Made by a program: the position numbers and the translations under genes
Shown here: positions 1-11,974 of the stretch, piece by piece
Layout of the letters: every line of letters starts with the position of its first letter
Numbering within the stretch: position 1 is the first letter of the stretch
Origin: Octopus sinensis
Lineage: Eukaryota
Reading direction: 5' to 3'
Length of the DNA: 64,000 nt
Assembly: GCF_006345805.1 (NCBI RefSeq)
Contig: NC_043004.1
Coordinates: 33,666,001 to 33,730,000 of the forward strand
Notes under the pieces: model-generated
Databases searched by the model: none
The model's input: only the letters and a program-made list of their open reading frames with translations
Told to the model about the DNA's origin: nothing

Positions 1-249
1 TCACATATTTAGGACTTAGTTCCCTTAATATTTAAATATATATATATTGATTTTCATTAAAACATCTTTTTCATGTCTAAAGCTTGAACTACGCAAAATT
101 TGTAATAATAGTTGAAATATTATCATTAAAGAGGGTTTCACTGATATCTACTCTTTAAGCCTGTGTCTTATATGTTCATCCACATAAGTAGAGTAAGAAA
201 TTGCTTTCACAGTCAAATCTTCTTGTCAGATACACATAATATATGTACA

Positions 250-324
250 TAGCATGTGTTTGTGTGCACACTTATATTATATAAGTATGTATATACATAT
301 GTATATATATATATATATGTACAT

Positions 325-388
<64 letters not shown>

Positions 389-760
389 CATACACATACA
401 CATGTATGCATGCATATACATATATATACATATATATATATTTTATATACATATATACATGCATATGTGATATATATATGTGTGCGTTTATCTGTACACA
501 TGTAAATATGTATGCATGTATGTATCTACCTATATATGTGTATGTATATATATATACACACACACACAAACACACACACATACACGCACTCATATGTACA
601 TACACATTAAAATTGATTTACAGATTTTATACCAAGATGGAACTGGCATTAAGCAATTATGGTACACACACACGTGTGCATGCACACATGCACACACCCA
701 CACTCACACCCACGCAGACACACACATACACACACACACATTATCTCTAACTCTATGCAT
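250..760. repeat. Compound (TA)n/(CA)n/(TATG)n microsatellite tract
   Basis: Directly visible dinucleotide and tetranucleotide repeats; the overlapping Y/I/H/T-rich ORFs are translation artefacts. Confidence 0.95.
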
Positions 761-1290
761 ATATGGGCTTATGTGCACGAGTGAGTAGTTTCCTAAATTT
801 TGCACATCTACCATCCTCCTCCGCCTCTTCTTCCTCCTCCTCCTCCTCTTCTTCCTCTTCTTTCTCCTCCTCCAAAATGTCATCGTCCTCAGCAAAATAC
901 CACATTTTTCATGTGACCGGGACTTAGCCAGGGCAATAAAACAATAAAACATGTTGATTTAATATTCAGCTCCAGCTCTACTGCAAAATCAGAGTTGCCC
1001 TGTAAGGTCTGAAGCAGCTGCTTCATCATAAAACTCATGACCTGATGAAGCGACCTCTAAAAGTCACATGGTCTGCTGAAAATAGCTGCCAAATGTCCCT
1101 CAAAGCACATGGCATAACAGGAATGTGAAACAATTTTTTGATTTGTGGAGTGGACTGAAACATGAAGCGAATACTGTGGCCTATAAAAAGACAGTTGTTA
1201 TCCAGAGGGAACAGAATAAAGGGTCAATATATATTACAACGACATTAGAATCTGCGTGCCAGGATGTGTGAGGAAAATGCTCATCCACAT

Positions 1291-1338
<48 letters not shown>

Positions 1339-1402
1339 TGTGTGTGTGTGTAAGCCGTGTAAGAGTCAAGAATAATGCACTCGTATATTTGTCAGTAGAG
1401 TC

Positions 1403-2192
1403 ATCATCAATCATCATCATTGTTTAACGTCCGCTTTCCATGCTGGCATGGGTTGGACGGTTTGACTGAGGGCTGGCAAGCCAGAAGGTTGCACCAGGCT
1501 CCAATCTGCTCTGGCAAAGTTTCTACAAGCTAGAGGCCCTTCCTAATGCTAACCACTCTGAGAGTGTAGTGGGTGCTTTTACGTGTCACTGGCACAAAGG
1601 CCAGTCAGGTGGCACTGGCAATGAATGGTACCTTTTATGTGCCACAGGTATGGGTACCAATCAGGTGGTATTATCATCAACCACAACAATGATTTCACTT
1701 GACTCAACAGGTCTTTGCAAGCGCAGTTTATTGCCCAATGATTGGCTGTTTATGCTGCACTGGCATAGGCCATGGTTGTGTCTCACATGGCTTGCTGGGT
1801 CTTCTCAAGCACAGCATATCTCCAAAGGTCTTGGCCACTTGTCATTGCCTCAGTGAGGCCCAACGTTTGAAGGTCATGCTTCACCACCTCATCCCAGGTC
1901 TTCCTGGGTCTACCTCTTCCACAGGTCCCCTCTACTACTAGGGTATGACACTCTTTCACACAGCTATCCTCATTAATATACAACACATGACCATACCGGA
2001 ACAGTCGTCTCTCTTGAACAACCCATTTGATGCTTCTTTTGTACAACTTTCCTCTCAGGGCACTTACACTCTGTTGTGTATGCACTCTGACATTACACAT
2101 CCAGCAGAGCATTTTAGCTTCATTTCTTGCAAGCTTACGCATATCTTCAGCAGTCACAGCCCATGTTTCACTGCCATGTAGCATGGCTGTGG
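1403..2192 (-). mobile_element. RTE-clade LINE 3' fragment (ORF C-terminus + 3' UTR + (GAT)n tail)
   Basis: ORF 1783-2256 contains MLHGSETW...RRLFRYGHV...GRGRPRKTWDEVV, typical of the RTE/RTE-X C-terminus. The 3' end is the family motif ccaacccatgccagcatggaaagcggacgttaaa followed by a (GAT)n tail, seen as (CAT)n at 1403-1420. Confidence 0.85.
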
Positions 2193-2272
2193 GTATATTA
2201 ATCAAAGTCCACAGTATTATGTATCCATTCAGGCTGATTTTACCAATGTTAGACAATGTTAGACAATAGTCT

Positions 2273-2594
2273 GATTATGTAACCCTGCACTCTTCAGAGG
2301 TAGCTGCTATGGAATGAAATATGGCGATTGCTCTCTATTGTTGGAGGGGAATAGACACTTTTGGTTTGTGGCTGTTGTGAAAAACATAAAATAAATCAAG
2401 CAGGAGATAAAGTTAAGAATTATGTTTCTTGATATCAGAAACATCACATCTGGGGGTGGTTTTGTTGCAAGTTGGCAAGAGTTTTCTGGAAAAGAGTTTA
2501 TGGGAAATGTGTCTTTTCACTTCAAACAATAGAGAGCAGTCACTATATTTCATTCTGTAATGGCTACCTCTGAAGAGCACAGGGTTACATAATC
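2273..2594. mobile_element. MITE-like element with about 70-bp terminal inverted repeats
   Basis: 2273-2342 (gattatgtaaccctg...ctctctattgtt) is the reverse complement of 2525-2594 with about 10 mismatches. No ORF inside; TSD not evident. Confidence 0.75.
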
Positions 2595-3464
2595 TACCTG
2601 TTACCTAACACTCCTTAGTACAAAACTGATTGGTAAGATTGACTGTAATGGCTATATAATACTGTGCACTTTGATTAATGCATACATGTATGTATGTCTG
2701 TATGTATGTACATAAGTATGCATAAATGCATGTATGTATGTATGCATGTATGTATGAATGTTTGTATGCAGGTATGTATAGTTATATGAAGTGAAGGTAC
2801 CTAGAACAAGTATGGTGACAAACTTACCCATATGAATGACTACAGTTCTTGAGAAGGCCAATGTTTAGTTGAATGCTTACATTGCTGCAAAACCTTCCAG
2901 TATCAGCTTATATCACTAGACTCCGTGTGGATGAGCATTTGCAAAAATTCAAAAAAGAAAAAGAAAAATGAAAAAAAAACGCTTGGTGTGTATAGACAAG
3001 GTGAAGTGGAGACAGGTCACATCTTTTAATATATGGTTGAGATAACAAAAGATTCTCTAAACAGCACTGATTTGACTCATCAGAATTGGTGTTCAGCACA
3101 GTTCTGTTGGGATTCTGACTCTGAAAGCATGCTGGCAAATGTGTTTTGCAGAATATTTTAAACCAAAAAAAATATTCCGTTCTACAGAAATAGTAATAAA
3201 CTTATTTTAAATAAAAATGAGCTGGAAGTAGTAGTAATGAGGTGGGGTTGTATGTTTGGCTTGAGAGCCCTGCCCTGTAAATGTCCCCTAAAATGATTGC
3301 TTGCTTATGGCTAGGTTGCCTATAATCATAAACTTGTTTGATCAAAGTTGATCTGTGACCAAACTGCAACAATAGCATATGGCCATGTTGCTGACAGATG
3401 TTTATTACGACAGATGGATGGACAGAAAGAGCAAAAGAGAGAAAAAGAGAAGAGAGACTGTTGA

Positions 3465-3935
3465 TTGTGATGGTTTGCTGTGCTTGAGAAACACCTCAAA
3501 CTAATTGAAATCATGGCCATCCATCCATACATACAGGCATGTCCTTTACAATCATGCCACCCACTCCCTTTCTCAGCTGAGAGGTCCTTGTCTCATGGGC
3601 TTGTGGGCGCTGGTGACATATAAAATCACCCTGTACACTCTGTAACGGGGTTGATATTAAGAAGGACATCCAGCTATTGGAACCATGCCAAAACGGACAA
3701 TTGCAGCCTGTCCAACCCAAAATGGATGTTAAATGATGATGATGATGATGATGATGATGACAATGATGATGATGACGATGATGATGATGGTGATGATGAT
3801 GATGACGATGATGATGATGATGACGACAACGACGACGACAATGATGACGATGATAATGACGATGATGATGGTGATGATGATGGTGATGGTGATGGTGTTG
3901 GTGATGATGGCGATGGTGGTGATGGTGGTGAGTAA
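3465..3935 (+). mobile_element. RTE-derived 3' fragment with expanded (GAT/GAC/GGT)n tail
   Basis: aagaaggacatccagcta...ccaacccaaaatggatgttaaa followed by a long degenerate (GAT)n tract; same family as 1403-2192. Confidence 0.75.
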
Positions 3936-4180
3936 CCCAAATGATAAATCTAATTTATAAGATGAGCCAATGAAGGAGTATCTATTCATTTGCTTGACTT
4001 GCTAGAAACCATCCCTCAGGGTCACCTGGGATGGTCATGGTTCAAATGGCCATAGATTGTTCAGTTAAGACTGACCACAAACTAAACAACTACAACAGCA
4101 ACAACATTGATTTATTGATTGATACGACTCGTTAATGCTTGAGTTGATTTGTTTCTTCGTATTATTAATGATTACTTATT

Positions 4181-4400
4181 CAGGTGGTCAGTTGGCAGAA
4201 CCATTAGCACGCTGGACAAAATGCTCAGCAGCATTTTGACCCCTGTCTTTACATTCTGAGATCAAATTCTGCCGAGGCTGACTTTGCCTTTCATCCTTTC
4301 GGGGTCAGTTAAATAAGTACCAGTTGTGTACTGAGGTTGATATAATCAACTTATCCCTCCTTCAAAATTTCAGGCCTTGTGCCTATAGTATAAAGGATCC

Positions 4401-4438
<38 letters not shown>
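4181..4438 (+). mobile_element. tRNA-derived SINE family B (gcctttcatcctttcggggtc core, (ATT)n tail)
   Basis: A-box-like ttggcagaaccattagc, B-box-like gagatcaaattc, and the core gactttgcctttcatcctttcggggtc...aagtacc shared with at least 10 copies in the window. The core resembles the MetaSINE domain from memory (unverified). Confidence 0.85.
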
Positions 4439-4454
4439 GTTGTTGTTGTTGTTG

Positions 4455-4945
4455 TTGTTGTTGTTATTGAGTGAGAGAGCAGTGTATGCCATCAAAGTGA
4501 CACTGAGGTACAAATATACGAAACCCAATATACCCATCATGACTACCCATATGATATGGGTACACCAGGTACATGCATCACAACCATATGTGCACAACAT
4601 GGTAATCTTATATCTAGATAAACAGCACATGACCTTGCAGGTGGAGCCCAGTTAGAATTTTCTCCAGGCCAAGTAGTCCATCCTGTTCAAAAGATCCCTG
4701 AATAAGAGTTGTTTAAGAATGTTGAATGAAACACCCATGTTCCCAGAGGTGAATTATCCAAACTCCAAAGAATTCCTCTCAACACATGGCTATGATGCCC
4801 TCCTACTACTTCTGCTCGGGATTAGAGATGCACATATCGTCAGCCACTAAGGGACATGCTCAACTGGTTATGGTCAAACAACTGATGAGCAAATCTGTGG
4901 TATTAAGCAGAATATTTGCTGTAGTCCATCTTTTATACCAAATTA
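4455..4945. repeat. Unclassified ~490-bp complex sequence between microsatellites, probable interspersed repeat
   Basis: Non-coding complex block bounded by (GTT)n and (ATT)n. Single copy in this window; repeat status is recollection or inference only. Confidence 0.4.
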
Positions 4946-4950
4946 TTATC

Positions 4951-4983
<33 letters not shown>

Positions 4984-5014
4984 TATTATTATTATTATTA
5001 TTATCATTATTATT

Positions 5015-5151
5015 TAAGACAGTAAGCTGGCAGAATCATTAGCACATGGGGAAAAATGCTTCATGTCATTTCATCAGTCTTTATGTTCTGAGTTCAAATT
5101 CCACTGAGGTTGACTTTGCTTTTCACTCTTTTAGGGGTCGATGAATTAAGT
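5015..5151 (+). mobile_element. SINE family B, 5' half (interrupted by CR1)
   Basis: ctggcagaatcattagcac...gagttcaaattcc...ggggtcgatgaattaagt. The 3' half resumes at 7465-7545 (ttaagtactagtcaagcactggg...gaaggattatcatc). Confidence 0.85.
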
Positions 5152-7464
5152 TAGTTAGTTAATTTGGCTCAAAAGCAAATAGCAAGGCCATGTAGGGGGA
5201 CATGGAGTTATGTACAGGGTGGTGTTCATGTAAAGAGTTCAGGCCACTTGAGGTCAAGGGAGGCTTTGAACAAAGCGGTCGTCGGCATCTTCACCATCTC
5301 GTCTGGCAGCTTGTTCCACGGATCCGCAACCCGGACGGAGAAAGCTCCTCTCCTTCGATTGAGATGAAATCGTCGCAGGTAGAGCTTTTCGGAATGACCC
5401 CGCAGCCGACGCTTTGGAGTAGGAGTGAAGAACAGCTCTTTCGAGAGGTTACACTTTCCGCTTATGATGTTGTGGGCGAGAATGAGATCACCACGGCGGT
5501 GGCGTTTTTCAAGAGAATAAAGGTCGAGCGTCCTCAGCCTCTCTTCGTAGGACAAATTTTTGAGACCATGAACCATGCGGGTAGCCAGTTTCTGGACTCT
5601 TTCGAGATGCTGTATGTCTTTGAGGAGATAAGGAGAAGAGGCTTGAATCCCATACTCCAGTATGGGTCTCACCAGCGTGACATAGAGTGGTAGGAATATG
5701 GCTGCTGTGAGCATTCTGAATGACCGTCGAATCAAGAACAGAATTCCGCGTGCTTTGTTGGCAGCATGGACGCACTGGGCCGAAGGCGAAAAGGAGGAAT
5801 CCACCAAGATACCCAGGTCCTTTACCTGATCAGTCCTCTCCAGCAGCAGATGACCCGGCTCGAAATCAAGTTGAGTTGCAGGAGTAGAGCCGACAGGCAG
5901 ATGACAGCACTTTGACACGTTCAGACACAGGTCCCAATCGTTAGACCACTTCCAAATTTGGTGGAGGCATCGACGAAGATCCTCTATATTACCGCGAGGA
6001 GCGACCAGTTTGATATCGTTGGCAAATAGAAGGGTGTGTTGCGTGAGGTCGTCGGGCAAGTCATTTATGAAGACTAAGAACAACAAGGGCCCAAGCACTG
6101 AACCTTGAGGCACGCCACTGCTTGCACCGGAGACGTCGGACCGCGAACCATTAACTTGGACTTGGAAGGAGCGATCTGAGAGGAAGGAACCAACCCATCG
6201 TATGATATCCGGATGGAAACTATATGCTTGAAGCTTGACAAGTAATAGGCGGTGGTTTACCGAGTCAAAAGCTTTGGCAAAGTCCAATAAAACGATGTCA
6301 ACAGCATCACTATCATCGAGGATGCGCGTCACCAATTCTTCCATTACTAGTAAGTTGGTCAAGCATGATCTCTTCGGCACGAAGCCGTGTTGGGAATCAG
6401 AGATAGAGGCTGTGTTTAGGAGGTGGAGCATCATACTTTTCTTAAGGATGGTTTTGAACATCTTGCTGATTATTGAAGTAAGGGAAACCGGTCGGTAGTT
6501 AAGCGGGTCTTCGCGGCTCCCTTTCTTGAAAATTGGGCAGATTATCGCTGTTCTCCAGTCTGCAGGTATAACACCCGTCGCCAATGACATACTGAATAGT
6601 CGTGTTAAGGGCTCGCAGATGACCGGAGCCAACGCTTTGATAACCCGTGGGTGTATGCCGTCAGGGCCATGACCCTTGTTGACATCGAGGCCTTGAATAA
6701 CACATTTGACTTCGTCCCGCGTGATGACCAATCGAAGCATTGGAGGTACCGATCTATCAAATGGAGGGGGTTCACGACCATCATCTTGTTTGAAAATAGT
6801 TGAAAAAGCCTCGGCAAATAATTGACTCTGTTGATAAGGGTCCTCAATCGATACGCCTGTTGAATCTACCAACGTTGCAATCTGGTTGTTCAAGCGGGAA
6901 TTCCGCTGGACATGAGCAAAGAAGGTTTTTGGATTGCTACTGGCATTTGCCGCGATTTTGTATTCATAACTGAAGCGTTCTTTCTTTTCAATTTTCACGG
7001 CTCGGTCTCGTTGAGTTTTGTACACCTCAAAAGCTGCAGTCGAATCCAGATTTTTGAATTCAGCCCAAGCAATATCTCTGAGTCGACGTTCTCGTTTAAC
7101 CTTCTTCGTCACCCAGGCTTGTGTTTCTTCTTCTTGGGAAGCCCAACGGGAACTGCCTGGTCAGTCAAACAGATTACATATGCTTTGAGGGATGACCATA
7201 GTTCGTCAACAGAGGACAACGTCATCAGGGATCGCCAGTCCAGAAGCGCGGAAGCCTCGGTTAGAATTTCAAGATTAATTGCAGAGAAGACTCTATGTGG
7301 CAGCGAAGTAGTCGTGGGCGTAGAAAAAGTTGTGTGCATGACGAACTTCAGGACCGCATGATCACTCTTGGCAAGAGGGGCGCACACAGATACGTCTGAC
7401 ACTGATCTTGGATAGCGGGAGAATACCAGATCTAGCATAGATGGCTGCTGCCCAGACCGATGCC
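5152..7464 (-). mobile_element. Young 5'-truncated CR1-clade LINE with 6-bp TSD (ttaagt)
   Basis: TSD ttaagt at 5146-5151 and 7465-7470. Sense-strand tail is ...aattaactaactaact. Encodes the end of the APE domain and a full RT. Confidence 0.93.
5226..7438 (-). pseudogene. CR1 ORF2 (APE endonuclease C-terminus + reverse transcriptase), one frameshift
   Basis: LDLVF...SDH (APE), NYRPVSLTS, QHGF, DFAKAFDSV, GVPQGSVLGPLLF, FAND in place of FADD, LERVQKLATRM, WNKLP. Adding one T near 7114 (cctggg to ccttgg-g) joins the two ORFs as KPWVTKK. Confidence 0.9.
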
Positions 7465-7607
7465 TTAAGTACTAGTCAAGCACTGGGTCAGTGTTATCAG
7501 CTAAGCCCCATGTACCAAAATTTCATGCTTTGTGCCTAGAGAAGGAAGGATTATCATCATCATCATCATTATCATTATCCTCATCATCATTATTGTTATT
7601 ATTATTT

Positions 7608-7817
7608 CTAAGGCGGGAAGCTGGCAGAATCGTTAGCATGCTGGATGAAATGCTTCATGGTATTTCATCCATCTTTATGTTCTGGGTTCAAATTCTATTA
7701 AGGTTGACTCTGCCTTTCATCCTTTCAGGGTCAATGAATTAAGTACCTGTGAAACACTGGGGGTCAATGTAATCGACTAGTCCCTTCCCACCAAATTTCA
7801 GGCCTTTAGTAGAAAGG

Positions 7818-7914
<97 letters not shown>

Positions 7915-7942
7915 TAATTATTATTTTTATTATTATTATTAA
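7608..7942 (+). mobile_element. SINE family B with long (ATT)n tail
   Basis: Full head, core and tail; (ATT)n at about 7818-7942. Confidence 0.85.
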
Positions 7943-7947
7943 TATAT

Positions 7948-8175
7948 CAAGGTGAAGAGCTGGCAGAATCGTTAGCACACAGGGTAGAATGCCTTGTGGC
8001 ATTTTGTCCATCTTCACATTCTGAGTTCAAATTCCACTGAGGTTGATTTTGCCTTTCATACTTTCAGGGTCAATAAAATAAATACCAGTTGAACTCTGGT
8101 GGGGATCAATGTAATTGACTGACCCCCTGCCCTGAACTTACTGGCCTAGGACCAAAATTTGAAACCATGATTAAT
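7948..8175 (+). mobile_element. SINE family B
   Basis: Head-to-tail copy starting at the previous copy's tail. Confidence 0.85.
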
Positions 8176-9074
8176 AATTAATAGTACCGGGATGAGGATT
8201 ATTCTGATGTGAATCCAAGGGAGATAATCAATAATGAACCTTACCCGTGAACAGAATTAAGCATAAAATATTTGGCATTAATGCATTATGTGGCTTTAAG
8301 CCATCAATTGAATGGTTAATGATCAAAGAAAATAAAGTAATGAGCACTTTATAAATTGGTCAAAATTGATTTGCATATTTGATATGAAGATGAAGTTGGC
8401 ATTAAACAATTATGATATGATGAAATAAAATCAAATATTTCATTGAAATTGGTGGGAATCCAATCTTAATTTCAAAAGAGTGAATTTATTTTATGACAAA
8501 ATTTAGCATATTTTTTGTTACTAATTTTCTTTTCTTCTTTTCTGGTTTTTTTTTTCTGTTTTACCCAGCGCAAAATATTTAAAATTAATTAGTTGTGAAT
8601 TTAGTTTATTGTATCGCATAAAAAATTAATTTCATTTCATCACATGCGATTAATTTTATTCCATCGTATGAAATTACAATAATCCAACCAGACAACATTT
8701 AATTGGACCTCAATTAATTCCTCAAAGTGTAAAAACCAGCATACATTTACCATATTCCATTTTATTCAGCCACTGATATGGACCGATGTTGTACTAGACT
8801 TAATGAAATCATTTCATGTCCACATTTCCTACATACATTGAATAGGTACAACTGGATACATTATCACTTATCTCAATCTTATATCATCTGATCTGTTAGC
8901 TGAAAACTCTTAGGTTGGTCTTCACCACTTCTCACATCTTCTTTGGACATCTTAAGCCATGAGAACCTTTTCACCAAACTTTTGCACATTTTTCCCTGGC
9001 AGGACTTTTCCGTTTTTCATTGTTTTGACTTTTTACACTCCCTTTTCCTATTCCAGTATGGACAATAAAAAAAA

Positions 9075-9112
<38 letters not shown>

Positions 9113-9113
9113 G

Positions 9114-9550
9114 TATCATTCCTAGCAATTGCAATATAGTGGCGAGAGAATTTGAAAAGATTAGCAAATATAAAGACTTGCTAATAGAAATTGAAAAAAA
9201 TGTGGCATCTCAAGGCGACTACAGTACCAGTGATTGTAGGAGCTCTAGGAATGATAAACAAAGGTACTAAGACCTATTTGAAAATGATACCAGGCTTACC
9301 CTCCCTACAGGAAGGACAAAAAATTGTTACCTGGACTGACTCATGTACTGAGAAGAGTATTATCGCTGTGAAAACAACATCCATTCATGAATTTATTTAT
9401 TCATTAATTTTTTAAATACATATTTTACCTGTCAATTTGTATGTGTAATCTGGGAATGCATACAATGAGCTTCTCTGCCCTAGGTGTATGGAAAAGACTC
9501 GGCGAGAAATGGAAGAAAATTTGAAGAAAGAAGGAAAAAAACATTCATAA
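9114..9550 (+). mobile_element. R4/Dong-type non-LTR element 3' fragment (REL endonuclease end) in (TAA)n
   Basis: REFEKISKYKDLLIEIEK/MWHLKATTVPVIVGALG shows the K..KY..L and PVIVGALG motifs, with a frameshift in an A run. Flanked by (TAA)n on both sides. Confidence 0.8.
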
Positions 9551-9569
9551 TAATAATGATGATGATTCT

Positions 9570-9768
9570 CATTTTGGCATAAGGCAAATAATTTTAGTGT
9601 GAAGGGTTTCGTTGGTTACACTGGGTACAGAGCTCAAATGGTATTTCCTTTTATTGATTCCAAAAGGTTAGACAGCAAAGTTGACCTTGGCACAATTTGA
9701 ATTTGGATTGTAAAAAGCTGGAAGAAATTCCACTAAGAATTTTGTCCTACAAACTAACAATCCTGCCA
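9570..9768 (-). mobile_element. SINE family B, degenerate
   Basis: Reverse complement of the core (gcaaagttgacc...atttgaa...ctaacaatcctgcca). Confidence 0.7.
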
Positions 9769-9845
9769 TTAGAAGCTGTGCAAAGCCAATAAAAAAAAAA
9801 TAATAATAATAACAATAATAATGATAACAATAACAATAATAATAA

Positions 9846-10124
9846 GGTTAGCTTGGGAAGTTAAGCAGTTGTGGTCGATGAAAAATATGGTAGTAGTACC
9901 AATAATTGTTGGAGCCCTGGGAACAGAGAGGAAAAATCTTGAGAAGTATGTGGAACAAATAGGGGCTGCAATAAGGGTGGAGCACTTGCAGAGAACAGCA
10001 CTGCTTGGAACTGCTCGAGCGCTCCGGAAGGTGCTCGAAAAATAAGAGGTGTTACCTTAGTTCACTGGTAGTGAACAGCTGACACTAGTACACCTCCAGC
10101 ATTAGAAGCTGTGCAAATGCAATG

Positions 10125-10213
<89 letters not shown>
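9846..10213 (+). mobile_element. Second R4/Dong-type 3' fragment with (TAA)n tail
   Basis: LAWEVKQLWSMKNMVVVPIIVGALGT...LQRTALLGTARALRKVLEK*, a short 3' UTR, then about 30 TAA units. Confidence 0.85.
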
Positions 10214-10372
10214 CTTTCTAATATAGGCACAAGGGCTGAAATTTTGGTGGAGGGGATTAGCTGATTACATTGATCCCAGTATTCAACTGGAACTTATTTC
10301 ATCGACCTCGAAAGGATGAGAGGCAAAGTTGACCTCAGCAGCATTTGAACTTGGATCATAGAGGCAGATGAA
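10214..10372 (-). mobile_element. SINE family B, 5'-truncated
   Basis: Reverse complement of core and tail. Confidence 0.8.
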
Positions 10373-10374
10373 AG

Positions 10375-10788
10375 AGCCCACCATCTAAAAGCTGATGTCA
10401 ACTGGTTGTACTTGAAGAGAGGCTTAATTGCTGTGGAAGAGTGTGTACCGATGGAAGGCAAAAGCCTTCCATAATATTTACAGAACAGCACAAAGGAATT
10501 AATAAAGACAATAAGTAAAGAACAGGTGGTCAAGTATGGAATAGGAGAAAAAGACAAGAATGAAATTCAAAGTGAGCAGGTTAAACATTGATGAGAAACC
10601 TTTGGGAAGTTTTGGAAAGCCACTGAAGATGTATAAGAACAAAAACCTGCACTTGTCTGAAAAATGAGCAATTAGAAAAAAGAGACAGAGAGCCTAATTA
10701 TAGCAGCTCAAGATTAAGAAATAAATACAAACAACTTGAGAAAATATGTATATGGGGAAAAGGGGTGAGAAAAATGTGGAGCGTGTGG
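10375..10788 (+). pseudogene. Decayed R4/Dong-type ORF fragment (post-RT region to CxxC)
   Basis: Across stops and frameshifts: HHLKADVNWLYLKR..GLIAVEECV...KETESLIIAAQD...KCGACG, matching the HPKADV.RLY...GGRGL...ETESLI.AAQDQ...KCR.C pattern. Confidence 0.7.
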
Positions 10789-11877
10789 AACAGCCACCTT
10801 CAGCTTCAACAACTGCTTCTATATGAGATCTAAATAATCTACATGCTCGAATCAAGTGGTCCTGGTTCATTGTGGACATTACTCTGACTATGGCAGCTTT
10901 CAAAGAGTCTTTGGTGTTATGGGCGTGTTCATTGACCTCTCTTTCAACAATGCTTCACATGTAATAGTCCAATGGATTGAGATCTGGGGAATTAGAAGGT
11001 CAGATGTTAGGGGTTATGTGATCATCTATTCCTATGTTACAAGAGCCATGTGTAATAGTACTGAGGCTTACTGAAACACATTTGACCTTCCACTGCATAC
11101 ACTATCTATCCAGGGCTTAACAATTATTTCCAGGACCTCAGTATAGGTGTTAGAGTTAACTCTAAGGCCATGTGGGAAGAAGTAAGGTGGCATCACACGT
11201 CCTTCATTGCTGACAACCCCTAAAACCATGACAGTTTCAGGAACTTTTGTATGCATTACACTTGGAACTTCAGAAGGGTCTGCACATAATCATCTGGTAT
11301 TTCTTCTGTTAACATTTTGATCTTGATTGAAGTTTTTCTCATTTGAGAAAAACCAAATCAAATCTTCTTCTGCTGGATTTTTCAGTTTGTTTAAGAGCCT
11401 TTTAGATCTGATGTAGTGATTTTCTTTTGCTTTTTCTGACAAATTGACCTTTCCCCATCAGTGGACAACAATTCTGACTGCTCCTTTTGACACATGGAGA
11501 TCTTTTGCATTTGACCACATGGACTTTCTGGGATTGTAATCAATGGTCTGATGAACTTGCTGGATACATTCAGGTGTTCTGATGATTTCAGAGTATTTAG
11601 AATACTTTTTATGCTTGGTTACTAGTGATATATTTCCATTGTCAGTCTCTAGCTCCTTACAAACTTTGTAGATGAAAGATCTGGCAACTTTTAAAATCGA
11701 AATATTTCTAAATTGCTACGCCCAGCCTTTATAACCACAATAACAGCATGCCTCTTCATTTCTTGAATTAGCTGAGGGTCTGCAATTATTATTTGCTGAA
11801 ACAAAGATTATACAGAGTTAGCAAAAAATGCAGCAATGACCCCAAAAAAGGTGTCCTCAAATACTTTACACACCCTG
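10789..11877 (-). mobile_element. Tc1/mariner superfamily, maT (DD37D-like) transposon remnant
   Basis: MKRHAVIVVIKAG N-terminus, TVMVLGVVSNEG.VMPP.FF..GLRVN, KPWI, W..NSPDLNPLDY, KAAIVRVM...IRAC..FRSHIEAVVEAEGG. 5' TIR begins cagggtg at 11877; the other TIR is missing. Confidence 0.85.
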
Positions 11878-11974
11878 CCTATATATATATCTGTATATAT
11901 AGGCATGTATGTCTTTATGTATGTATGTATGTATGTATGTATGTATGTATGTATGTATGTATGTATGTATGTAT

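Noticed and set aside
1005-1060. CTGATGA and cagctg near each other (also CTGATGA at about 25260 and 42060)
   Set aside because: The order and spacing do not give core-stem II-GAAA-stem III-UH, so these are not hammerheads.
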